A stretch of DNA of 64,000 nucleotides from Bispira polyomma. Taxonomy: Eukaryota. Each line of letters begins with the position of its first letter. Positions within the stretch are counted from its first letter, which is position 1. Below are positions 24,991-37,915 of this stretch, piece after piece. The notes under the pieces are model-generated. The model was not told the DNA's origin. It did not search any database and worked only from the letters and a program-made list of their open reading frames with translations. The position numbers and the translations under genes were made by a program. Location of the stretch: contig OZ287756.1 in the NCBI GenBank assembly GCA_965649765.1, positions 7,502,001 through 7,566,000 of the forward strand, given 5' to 3'.

Positions 24991-25670
24991 AAAGTCAGGA
25001 CTTGCATTAATCAAAACACACATTTTATTATAATTAATTAGTATTCAATCCACCAAAAAAAAGTTGGTAAAACAACAAAGTTACCATATTTTTGACAAAC
25101 TGGGCGTAGGATTTACTCATTGTTTGAAAGGCTTTTAATGTGGAGATTTAACCCCGTACACACTTGCATTAAACAGTACAGACAAAAATAGCAAAACCAC
25201 CATAAAGTATACAACACACTTATTCTCCTATAACCTAAATGTGCATCTTGTAAACAGTTTTAATAACTAGTCTCACCTTGTACAAACACAGTAACCACAT
25301 AATCCAGTCTTGTCGTGCAACATAATTAGCAAAGTCAGGACTTGCATTAATCAAAACACACATTTTATTATAATTAATTAGTATTCAATCCACCAAAAAA
25401 AAGTTGGTAAAACAACAAAGTTACCATATTTATTGACAAACTGGGCGTAGGATTTACTCATTCTTTGAAAGGCTTTAATGTGGAGATTTAACCCCGCACA
25501 CACTTGTATTAAACAGTACTGACAAAAATAGCAAAACCACCATAAAGTATACAACACACTTATTATCCTATAACCTAAATGTGCAGTCTTGTAACTAGTT
25601 TTAATGACTAGTCTCACCTTGTACAAACACAGTAACCACATAATCCAGTCTTGTCGTGCAACATAATTAG
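24991..25670. repeat. Recent tandem duplication, 2 x ~340 bp, in the GPCR pseudogene 3' flank
   Basis: AAAGTCAGGACTTGCATTAATC...CAACATAATTAGC at 24991-25330 and 25331-25670; single copy in the paralog at ~60654-61003. Confidence 0.95.
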
Positions 25671-25710
25671 CACAGTTCCTTTAACTTATGACTTTACTGA
25701 AAGTTACATG

Positions 25711-26658
25711 TTACCGGCATAATTGTGGGATATAGTTTTTGAGTTCTTTCTTGAAACATATTAATTATTATGAGTAATGTTATTGCTGGTAAGTAGAAGC
25801 AGACAAAGCAGAAGCATACAATGAACATTGTGACCAAGATATTAAGACTGCCTTTTGGAGAACCCTCCATTGGATGAGTCAGCTGAAAGTGGTGCTACTT
25901 TATGTTTATTTCTTAGTGTCAGAAAGATATTGGTGTAGACAAATAACATGAAACAAATAGGAAATAGTCATAAATAGACTAAAGGCAAAGATGATCTCGT
26001 GTAGGTCACTCCTCTAGAAGTACATGACTTTGCAAATGTCCTCTTGCATTCTGGACATACTGATCAAAAATATGCCAAAGAGGAGTGCAAACACAAAGAT
26101 GGCTAGTATCCCAATGCAGGCCAGTTTCTTATTCAAGTAGTTTTTATGCAGCACTGGCTTATCAACCATGAAGTATCTCTCTAAGGTAATCAGCAAACTG
26201 TTGTAGGTAGAGGCCATCAGGAATGTCTAATGCGGAAACTGTGACACCAAGATTCTGCAAATGATCTCGCTGTTGACAGCTAGGACATGCTGCAAGGTGC
26301 AAATGATGAGGAACAGCCCGCACAGACAATCAAACATAGACTAACTTTTGATGAAGATGTTGGTCAACTCTTGATTCATGGTTTTGCTCCTTGTCAAGAC
26401 AATCAAGACAAAGAGGATGCTAAAGGAAATGAAGAGACCAGTTGGGTAGTTGATGACAGAAATATCAATATCCCATTTTGTTCAACTTGGTAAAGGATCA
26501 TTCATTGCAGTTGTATTGCTGTCGGCAGCATTTGTAATGTTGGTAGCATCATCTGTGATAGTGACAGCCATCATCTGAGTACTCAAATACACAGTTAGGT
26601 TGATAATAGATTGAGTACATGATGACTTAGTAACTGTTGTTTGCTTTGCCATGTTCAT
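25711..26658 (-). pseudogene. Orphan class A GPCR pseudogene 1
   Basis: Colinear with 61043-62104. Stops at ~26482, ~26228 and ~26014; deletion in TM5; the TM7 NPxxY segment is deleted. LITLERYF is retained. Confidence 0.93.
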
Positions 26659-27189
26659 TTCTACTGAGCTGAACCCAATAGAATTTGCCCTTGTGATGCA
26701 AAATGCCCTTATGATGCAAAATGGAGCAATAATAACGGTGCTGGTTTTTAATTCCATGGCAGAAACAAAAAAAAAATGAGCAATGGCTGCATGGATTAAA
26801 GATATTAAGTGTTACTAATCCTAGGTCCATCAATAACCAGTATGTCAAGTAGAAGTTCATGTTTCCCACTGGTATGGAACTGGCTTCCGATAATGTCAAT
26901 TGCATCTAGGAGACTAATTATACATTAGTCTTTGTTACTTATAGAAAGGCCGGTACAATGTTCAATAGTCAACCTTTTTGTTTTCATTTTAATTCTTTTC
27001 AGCAGAAAAGAAAACATAAAGCTGGTTAATTGCATGCAATCACAAAATTATCCACATGCTGGAAATTTCTCTGCAATTAGATAATTATACTCAGTCTGAC
27101 AATTGCTTTACAAGTATGTCTACTTACAGCATATGCATTAGTAGAGGATAAAAGGTTTTATCTGACTGAGTGGGTGTGTGGGGGGCAAA

Positions 27190-27550
27190 GCAAATTTAAA
27201 GAGATAGGATATTTAAGTTTTCTCCTAAACCCAGAAAATGTTTCTAGTGATCCAAGGTAAACTAAGAGACTATTTCATAACATCGGGGCAGCCATATAGA
27301 AAGCCCTGGTTCCAGCCCTCTTAGTGGGTTTTACACAGGAATCAAAAAGTATTTTCCCTCTGTTTTGTGACGGACATTTTGTAGTTTGGAATCAAAACGA
27401 TTATCAACACAAACCTACACCAAGGTGCAAAAGGTTCTATCAATTGTAAAATGCCTATCATCTTTCTTACATTTGGGTCAACTCAATATTTGATGGATTC
27501 AACCTTGGCCTAAACCGCACCCCACCAAATTTCTTATAAATATCATAAGT
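27190..27550 (-). mobile_element. L2 LINE 3' fragment (duplicated at 45870-46240)
   Basis: Decayed L2 ORF2 C-terminal motif on the minus strand. Confidence 0.7.
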
Positions 27551-30500
27551 AGTTACCGTGTAATCCTGGTGACAAACAATTAAACCAACATAAAGAGACA
27601 AAAACAATATCCCCCAGAAGAGGTATTTACTGGTATATGCTCGTTAGACCTTTTACAAACAAATTATTTGTCACTGCATGTTGAAATAAGGCTAATCATG
27701 TGTTGTATTCCTTTATAGATGTTGCTCTGGCAGATGTGAAAAAACGGGCATTTTGTGAAGGGAATTTGTTTGACCTTCTCAGTAAAGTGTGATAATTTTG
27801 ATGACAAATGTATGATTGAAATTAAGGAGAAGAATGGAGTGTGTGTTTCAGAAGTGAGGTAAATGGTAAAGAGCACTTAGTACATCACAAATTGAGAATA
27901 ATAATTGAGAATTTAGTTTGGTATGACATCGCTTATGACAAGTTAGGTCAAATCACGACAGTCAGAATTTTTATGACGATAAAAACCTCCCACCTTTGGC
28001 GTAGTGAAAGAACAAACATGATTGAAACCCACAATGGTGAAAGGCCAGTCATTGTGAAGCAATCACATCAAACCCCTTGGGCCACAGCGGCCCCTGGAAT
28101 CACATTTGAATGAAAATGCAAAAAAAATTTGAGGTAGTATAATTTCAAATTTTTAACAGTCTAGTAAACATGCATATCGAAGTAATCATTCATGTATATA
28201 TATTTATTATATGTTTTGCCATAATTTGTTAGCCAATCAGAATCAATGACACAGGGTTATCATGTCTGAATACATCTTACACACATGACAAATGGTCAAG
28301 TTTGTTTCACTTTCTTTCAAAACTTATTAACCCTTTCGCAGCTGGTGCAACAATATTGCCCCATACTTTTACTGGGTGACAGATATCAGCACACCACTGA
28401 CTACTCCAGGAATTATATAAAACCCTTTTCTTTTATTCCTTACAAACATAGAATTCAGCAGTACTAACACACAAATGCACAGTCCTAAAATAATGCATGG
28501 TAATGGTCATAGTACCATTGTATGCTTTTATTATTAACTCTCTCACAATGTGGACTCAAAATGATTTATTAGTCATTTCAGTTATCTAGAAAAATCGTAG
28601 TCCTCAGACAAGCGGGCATTGTCAGGAATTAGAGTGAAACCTCAAATAAGTTGTGGTGTTGATTCATCAGAAATACATTAGTATGAAAGTAAATAAGAAA
28701 GAAATAAATCCTTACCAGTCAGGCTGTAAAGATGGTTGTGAAGAAGAGGTTGAGGACCACCACGTTGATGGCTTTAAATGTACAGTGGTTAATACAAGGG
28801 GTGGGCAGGAAGACTTTGAATGTTACCACTGTGGTCGAGGGCTTTTCATTTACAGACAGCTGTAATGGTATGTTTTTTATACTGTTGAAGACTGATTTAT
28901 TTGTACGTCTTCCATCACCTAATGCAGGGTCTCAGTGATGCATTGAGGGATCAACATTAACAGACATTTCTGTTACACCTTCAGCGATTCCCTCAAAAGA
29001 CACACAAACAACATCTATAAAATATAGATCTACATCCAAATATTCTTCAACCACAATTCCATCTTTTTCAACTCAAACCAAGTATCACATGTCACAGACA
29101 CCTTCATCTCAACTCCATTGTTTATATCTGCTACAGTGGGAACTCTTAGCTCACACACGTCAGAGCTATTTACTTCATTAAGTACATTTGCAGAAACTTC
29201 CACAGACACCAGTGATGGTAAAGACAACGGGATCCAATCAGGGGACACAGGTACAAACCTGAAGCTGGTGATACCAATTATAGGTTGGTGTGATCTAGAA
29301 GGTCCTTCAATCATGGTTTGAAATTATAGTTTATCACGGTATTTAAATGTTAAACAATGTAAATAACCCTTTGTGGTTGTGTCGAGTACTGCGGATAATA
29401 TAAAACCAATCCGGCTTTCATGGGAAAATCTTCGGTTTGGTTAAAACTGCTGTGGATATATTGCCATTGAATCTTGTCTGTGATTAACCATGATACCATC
29501 CGACCCCTAATTCCTCATTCTACCACCTTTTGTCCCTATAGTACCACCGTAAGTTCATCTTGACTAACCCTTGTTAACCTTCGCGAAAAGCTGTGCCTAT
29601 ATTCCATAAAAGCTGTAATTTTCCCTCATCACTTAAAACTCAATAACTCCCCCCAATGACACAGAACCATGATGATTTACTTCACCGTGGTCAAATGGGA
29701 CAGGCCTGGATTACCTTAAAAATTGACAGTCAACATTAACACTTATGATACCAAAATAAAACTATCAAAGGCAAGTGAAGGGAAATTTTTAGTAATAGCT
29801 TACAGATAGCTTGAGTCACTAAAGTATACCCCAACTGCTTTTGGCATTCAACAATGGCATTCAATAATGGACTAATTTTTTCAACAAAGAATTCTGCTGG
29901 GCTAACATTTCCTATTCGGAGAAACTGATGGAAAATTAAATTATAATTGTGTATTGTTGAATGCTTGCCAACAAACATGAGAGTCAGAATGGTTAATATT
30001 GGCCTTTGTTTTATTATCGAAGTCATTATTGAGGCAAAATATCTTGTAAGATTTTGTGTTCGTATGTATGTGTGTCCCTATATGTTATACTTACACCCAA
30101 ATACATGTTCTTTATATTAAATGTTACGTAATTGTACGTAGTTTGGTTATTGATCCCTGTTGTATATTCTACATTTACTTGCATCAAGAGGATGTTTTTG
30201 TGTGATTTTAGGCCACTGGTTTTCAGGAATTTTTAGGAATTATCTCTCTCCCCAATGTGGTTTTGAATGATTTATTTTTGTGTTCCTTTATGTGAGAAAG
30301 CATACCGTAAGTCTGTGGTTTACAGTGCTTAGTGTGCTGATTTCTTCCACCATTGAATATGACCGTCATGATATTACCTGAATTGTGGAAAATCACACGA
30401 AACCATAACTAAATTCATCCAAATTCATGATCTATATCATGAACAATTCAATACAAGAGGGTCTTTCACTAGTAAGACACTTTAGGGCACTACTTCTTTT

Positions 30501-30739
30501 GTCCTCATAGCAAACGTTATACCTCTACCTTAAATGTGTGAATTACACATAGCTATGCTTAGCAAATTTGTCTGACCATCCATAGACTGACTAATTAGAT
30601 TATTCCACCTGTAGCTTAATTCCCGCTTTTTGAGGGACCCCATATTGAATTTTCTACTGACATGGAAGCAACAGAAAATATTTTAAGCAAGCAAATAAAC
30701 ATTTTCATATAGTTTTTAGTCAACATTTTTAGTTTTTAT

Positions 30740-32280
30740 ACGTTTTTTTTGTGTTTATTATGTGTTGTTGACTGCTTGCAAGGATTTGTACTGCGTTCAA
30801 TATGAGACGAGCAACAAAGAAAACGCCGTCAGGTACACAATTAAAGAAATCAGCATGCCAAGGCAAAGCGACAGGGAAGATGGGATACAGGGGTCAACTG
30901 GTAAACACTTTATCTCCCAATTTACAGAGTATTCTGACGGAGGCCGTCGGTAACTACAGCAGTTCTACTCTTGTTGAACCTCATAACGTTTCCATTCTTG
31001 TCAGCACCATCGCTAGTCCACCACCTTCCTCTAAATCACCCCCATCGGGAGGAGCTACATCAGACAAAAAGTTGAATATATTAGGAGGTCTGGAATCTTC
31101 CAACACTGCCTTCTCACAGAGATTGGACAGAGTTCAGTCAGGCTTGTTCAACCAGCATGTTTGGGTGCAACCTCAGGGCCTGTCGGCCATGCAGGGACCG
31201 AGTATAGCTACAAACCCATTCCCGGTACACAATTTCACAAATGTTTAACAACAGCTACTGAACACAGCTTATGTCAACATGGCGACACAGCCACACGTTA
31301 TTCAGGTTATCCCTTCAGGAATTTGCTAGAGGCAGAATTGTGCCCAATCTGGATGCGCTAAGAACCATGCTATCAGTACAGGCAGCTGTAACACATCAAC
31401 TAACTCAGTATGAAATGGCAGCCATTAGGGAACTGAAACAAGGTAAGAGCCTTAAATCTGGTAGATTCAATAGTACTGACATTACTACTACTGATGCAAA
31501 GCATAGATGGCCTAACGAGGGCTAGGTCAGCGGAGCCACAAGCAAGCGACCTGCCTATGACAACTTATCACTGCCAAAATGGGCAGCAGGTCAGCTATCA
31601 AACACCTTACTTGTCACCGACGTCAATGAGATGCGCAGTATAATGTAACCACTTGTTCATGCCTTCCGAGATGCATCCTCGCTACCATGGCCCGTCGTTC
31701 GTGCCGCGTGGGCGTTAAACATAAAGGAAATAGAGGAGGGCAGACTGGCCTGCACATATAATACGCAGTGGGCTACTGACAGGCTCAATGCATCTCAACT
31801 TGCCATGGCAAACAGCCACCCATGGGGAAATGGCAATCTTACTAGTAACAGCACCACATGAGAGGGGAAGACAATTTGCAAACATTTTAACAGTGGAAAG
31901 TGTACATAAAAAACTGATCATGGCATTTACAAACACAATTGTTGGCACTGTGCCAAGGTTGTGGGAAAGGAATCAAGTCATCCAGAGTTTAAGTACTTTA
32001 AGGCCAATGCCAGTAAGATTGAGAATAATACCAATACTAAATAGGTAGCTTACGGACAATGTAAAATTGAGAACAATAACAGTGTTTTAAGTGTCAATGT
32101 AAATAATGAAAACGATTAGGATATTCGGGACGAAAAGTGTAGTTTCTTAAATGAGTGCATAGTAAATGTTGAAGGTTACAAAAATGTTACAAACAGTATA
32201 AATAATATGCCTTCTGTCATTACAGAACCAGAATTTTTAGGTTGCAAAATGACCAACACCAAAAGGTTGGTTATCTCTTC
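30740..32280 (+). mobile_element. DIRS/Ngaro-like retroelement 5' part (gag), decayed
   Basis: Fragments LKSGRFN, WPNEG, YDNLSLPKWAAGQL, DASSLPWPVVRAAWA and a C-terminal CKHFNSGKC..H...H.C..C zinc-finger-like motif; in-frame stops. Confidence 0.75.
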
Positions 32281-35200
32281 CCCGAAGAGAGATGAAGGGC
32301 AGAAAATTCACCTCACAAGCTCCAGCCTAGCAAAACAACGGTAACACAAAGCGTACATAATCCTGATATAGATAGAGGGCATGTTATTGTAGGTAGCACT
32401 GACCAGTTCTTCAAGCAGGATGAGTTCTGATAAATAAAAAAAAAATAACCCCTATGACCCAGACACTATTTTGTATTGTGTATAAAGAAAACTATAGAAT
32501 AATTACCCATAGAAACATTGCCAATGTCACTTTGGAAACTGTGACCCACATCGGTGTTCTCATCTGTACATTTTCAAAAATAATGACACTGTTTATTTAT
32601 AGTCTGCACTTTTTATATCTTCCATATCTATTACCTCCTTCGAGGAGTTTTGCCTTTTTCTGATGGTTGGTTTGTTTGTCTTCAGAATTCAAATGATATA
32701 ACTGATTTGCAAAATATTTGGTGTAGCATGAAATAATAAAATAACATGTGGAGACAAAACTATACATAGACAAAACTATATTAGATTAGCCATGAAAAAT
32801 AATTTAATTGTTTAAAGAAGCTCATAAATGATTGTAAAATAAATACAACAATGAACACTACTGGAAGGACTGAAAGGTGTATCTTAAAGGTATAGCAGAT
32901 ATTAATGTATACTTTAGTTCTGAACTATAACTGTTTTACTTTTTATATAACACTGTCTCAAATACAACTTTTGATATTTCTCTTTTTCAAAATTTTATTT
33001 AAAATATTAAAGACAAGAAGACAATAAGTGAGAGGAAATTACAACAACGGAACATGGATCTTGCTGGTCTTGAGATTAATAGTCACTTGCTTAACAGTTG
33101 AGCTAAAAGGGAGAAGCTGAGTGTTTAATGCTTTGATATACCCCTATATTACAGTGACCACATTTAGGTATACAGTGAAAGTTTTCCCCTGGACATATAT
33201 TTATTAGGGATTGCCTTGAATCAGAGATTTTGCTTTGACATATGTAGACATATATAGACCATTTTGCATTAAGCATTTACAATGTACATATATATTTATG
33301 TAATTATTTCTCTATCCTATCTCAACACCTGGAAAGGACTAATACAAATTAGATTTTAAACTAGCATGGTGCAGTAGAACCTTTATTATCCAAATATCTT
33401 GGGAGAGCCAGATTCTGTTTAGATATTATAATTGTCATAAAACAGAAGAGACATTTCAGTAAAAAGCAATAGAAAAACATAAATGTGGGAGTTGTCAGAA
33501 TTTTAGTCTGGAACTTAGACTGCCTGTCTCTTCAAGCAATGGCGAGTAATATCTTTAACCCCTTCTGGAAGGAAGTTTTCATATCCTGGTCAAAGTATAA
33601 GACAACATTTACTAAGCAAATCGATATTAGAACCTATCCTATATGGAATAGTCACTTTTTAACAAATAGAAATCTTTTACAGCATAAAACGTTTTTCACT
33701 GAGAAAGGCCTAACATCATAAATGATCTGTTAGATGAACAAGGGTTATTGTATGGTTACGACAGTTTTGTCATATCCTTCAAGTTGCCTTAACTTGTGTT
33801 GATTATTTTAGCTTGATCTATTCTGTTCCTTAGGAGTGAAGAAATATTATTGCCACAGAAAAGAGAAAGCTTAAGTTAAGTGAACTAGAACAGAAATCAT
33901 TAGTCAATGTTAAAAATATGAAGAAGGAATGCCAAGGAACTTATTGGATATTTGTGAATTTGACATCTGGATTAAATAATTTTATTTATATCAGCCCAAA
34001 TTCAGGAATATTTATAAACAAAGATAAAAACACGAGATGTGGATTGAAATGGCCAGTTTATTCAACTGACAAAAATGTATATATTAAAGCAAGCATACAA
34101 CATCTTTAAAATTTGATTACATCACACAAGTGACTTATATATACATTATTTATTTACATAAATGTGGTGAGGGACACAAACCCAAAATACCGCAGGTCTC
34201 CCTCACCCCACACAGAAAAAGGAAGGGAAAAAGAAGACACATATTGACATTATTATGGTTGGAATCCTAATGTATTCTCCAATGCATCAGATTTTCAAAC
34301 TCCACTAACGTTATTTCAGAAGCAGAGAGGCCTACTTTGGCCAAGTGGGTAAGGAATGGCTATTAATGCTTAATGGGCATTGGATGTAAATGTACAATCT
34401 AGAAATGTTTCTATCCGGATCATGGATCTGTATAAATTTGACAAAAATAAAACAGTATAAGCATCCACACAAAGGATGGATCCAGATAAAAAAATACATG
34501 ATTTCTCCCAATAGGAAGAATATATACAGTTTTATAAGGTATTGTCTCATTTGATTTAGTGATATCTTTAGATATACAACAAAATAACAATTCAGTTTTT
34601 TTTTCAATAATAATGACACTTATATTTTATCACTGATCAAACAGATGTTAAATGCGCCTTACATCAGATTATAATCCCCATTACTAACAAGAATATAATG
34701 CATTTCTAAAACACACAGAGTGAAAAATGTAATAAAATTCCCATTTTTTAACATTCTGTAACAAATTTGGGAAGATTTTCTGGTGAGTGTGAGATTTTCT
34801 GGTGAGTGTGAGTATAAACAATATCCGATTTGGAAGAAGTACACTGATCTGAATCCCGATCCAGATCAATCACAGTGTGAATCCACCTTAAGCTGGAAAC
34901 TGTGCAATTGTTGTGTTATATGAGATGGGGAACTCCGTAGTAAATTCAATGCAGTGGAGCTGCTTCCCAGAGAAGGATGGAGGAGGGAAGTACAGCACTC
35001 TCCAGAGGCTTGCCAGGGAGCAAGGTGTCAAGCTGGGAAAGTGTAATAAAAATCAAACCTATTAAATTTGGCAAGAGGCATATATAATATTGGTATCCAC
35101 CAGTACTGCGTGCCCACCAATAATAAATGAAAAACCTGTCTGGAAACCGTCTTTTAAGAACTGGAGGTCACTGGACTTGTAATGACTAGTAACTGTTCAG

Positions 35201-35913
35201 TAGCTGTCCCATTTTGTCACGTGTCATGGGTACACATAAGGGTAGATCTGACTCCTAGAACGGAATGACTCATCATATTTAAGGTAAGCAGTGCCCCCAA
35301 ATTTTGTGCATATATCAGTGATGTAGGTAAACAGTTCCTAGGCCTGCAATGGATGTCGTTTAAGCGGTATATAGAGGCAAATATCAGAAAGGATCTAGTC
35401 TACAAGGCAAGATGATTTATCCTGGATTTTGGTGTCTGTGTAATGTTGAAGGCTGGATGGCTGATGAAACAGTGGTAGCTCCAATCTCCACCTATTCATT
35501 CATTCACCTAGTAAAAGTGGAAAGTCAGATACACATTGGACCAAATGATACACGTAAGTATTGGCAAAGTAACATGGCCTAATCTCTCATTGGTAGACTG
35601 GTTGTGTAAACTTGCAATTGCCCAGGTTGTGGTCCTAGTTCTGCTGGTGAGACATTTGTCCCCCCATTGGCTTCTAACTGCATCCGAACAGTGCTAGTAA
35701 TGATGTCAGCAAAGACTCGGACCTTCTCCTATGACAGCAAGGCTGGTGGGGTGGAGGATTGTTCTTTGGAAGTGTCTGAACTCTGACCCGTGGTTGACAA
35801 TGCGGCTGAGGACACCGCTACAGGGTAGTGTGTTGTAAAGTGACATCGTGGACTAGACCTTGTAGCAGATTGAATTGTCATGGTTATCTGTGAAAGCAGA
35901 ATGTAGAAGAGTA

Positions 35914-36830
35914 GGTTAGATATGTAAATCACATTACTACAGTGGTATAGGCAAACCGTAGGTAACCATAAAGATGAAGCCATACTTTAATTAAACGGAT
36001 AAATAAAGTAAGAATTGATCATAACAATTCAATATACAAAAAAAAAAAAAAAAAAAATCAGAGTTTTAAATAAACTGTCAATAGGTATGAGTAAGATAAG
36101 TTAAATGAATATGAATAAAATTGAAGGAATAATAAAATTTCCTTAAGTAGTAGAAAGTATGATCCTATGAGGTGATACACAAAACATAAAAGGATGGTCC
36201 ACAAAACTACAAAATACATGGCATAACATGTAATGCAGTATAAATAAATGGGATGTATCCTAAAACTCCACACAACATGGTATAACATGTATAAAGGAGA
36301 GAAAAAAATGGGATAATGTACAAACACCACAAATATATGGCATAACATGTTGGATATGTAAATCACATTACTACAGTGGTACTTTAATTAATCTGATGAA
36401 TAAAGTAAGAATTGATCATAACAATTCAATATACAGATGGAGAAGTATGGTAAAAATGAAAAAAAGTCAGAGTTTTAAATAAACTGTCAATAGGTATGAG
36501 TAAGATAAGTTAAATGAATAAGAATAAAAGTGAAGGAATAATAAAATTTCCTTAAGTAGTAGAAAGTATGATCCTATGAGGTGATACACAAAACATAAAA
36601 GGATGATCCACAAAACTACAAAATACATGGCATAACATGTAATGCAGTATAAATAAATGGGATGTATCCTAAAACTCCACACAACATGGCATAACATGTA
36701 TAAAGGAGAGAAAAAAATTGGGATAATCCACAAACACCACAAATACATGGCATAACATGTAAGCAGTAAAACAGGATATATCCACTAAGGAAAAACTGCA
36801 AAATACATGGCATAACATGTAATGCAGTAG
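35914..36830. repeat. ~410-440 bp tandem duplication with nested ATACATGGCATAACATGT sub-repeats; third partial copy at 37915-38050
   Basis: 36058-36350 is nearly identical to 36467-36760; the CATGGCATAACATGT motif recurs every ~55-60 bp. Confidence 0.92.
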
Positions 36831-36999
36831 GAAATGTATCACACTCAAAGGAACATATAAAACACAATATGTAGGGTAAAGACAAATTGAGGAAGGGTAC
36901 ATTAGAAAGATGAACTGGTAGAATAGTTATATGAAAATTATAAATAAATAAATGGATAGACTTCCATATAAAATAAACAATGAAAATTGTACACCTTCC

Positions 37000-37915
37000 A
37001 GTTATGGACAACTACAATAAAACACATTGTAACAGTAGGTGAAAGAGACATAATGGCAAATGTGAAATGTATGAACAAATTAAAATGCTAAAGTTGCAGA
37101 CATAGAAGAATACAAGCACATTAAATTGTATATTATCTAGATATGGACAATTAAAATTAAAACACAAACAGTGTAACAGTAGTTATGATACATATAAAGG
37201 TAAATATGAAATGGATGAATAAAATAAACTGCTATAGTTGCAGACATAGAATAATACAACCAAATTAAGTTGTACACAGTCCAGTTATGGACAATTAAAA
37301 TTAAAACTCAAGCAGTGTAACAGTAGCCCTCATATACATAAAATATAAAGGTGAATATGAAATGGATGAATAAATTAAACTGCTAAAGTTGCAGACATAG
37401 AAGAATACAGCCAAAATAAATTTTAAATCATCTACCTATGGACAATTAAAATGAAACACAAACAGTGTAACAGTAGTTGTATTAGATGTAAAGGTGAATA
37501 TGAAATGTATGAATAAAATAAACTGCTAAAGTTGCAGACATACAACCAAATTAAATTATACATTGTCCAGTTATGGACAAGTAAAATGAAACACAAACAG
37601 TGCAACAGTAGTGGTATTACATATAAAGGTCAATACGAAATGGAAGAATAAAATAAACTGCTAAAGTTGCAGACATACAACCAAATTAAATTATACATTG
37701 TCTAGTTATGGACAATTAAAATGAAAACACAAACAGTGTAACAGTAGTGGTATTAGATATACATGTAAAGGTGAATATGAAAATGTATAAATAAAATAAA
37801 CTGCTAAAGTTGCAGATATACAACCAAATTAAATAAGACTTTGTCTAGTTATGGACAATTAAAAATAAAACACAGTGTAACAGTAGTTGTAATAGATATA
37901 CAGGTAAATATGTGA
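37000..37915. repeat. Tandem array, ~6.5 copies of a 135-150 bp unit
   Basis: ATGGACAA...CAGTGTAACAGTAG...CTGCTAAAGTTGCAGACATA recurs near 37005, 37143, 37287, 37438, 37573, 37708 and 37851. Confidence 0.95.

Noticed and set aside
34330-34480. SGNH hydrolase remnant (IVHLHP) as in some Ngaro elements
   Set aside because: Position fits, but the match is a few residues across a frameshift.
36058-37011. Hydrophobic minus-strand ORFs (102, 93, 131 aa) resembling membrane proteins
   Set aside because: They are translations of T-rich tandem repeats inside a TE and show no domain signal.
37000-37915. Regular repeat array as a CRISPR candidate
   Set aside because: Whole 135-150 bp units repeat with no unique spacers; eukaryotic context; no cas genes.
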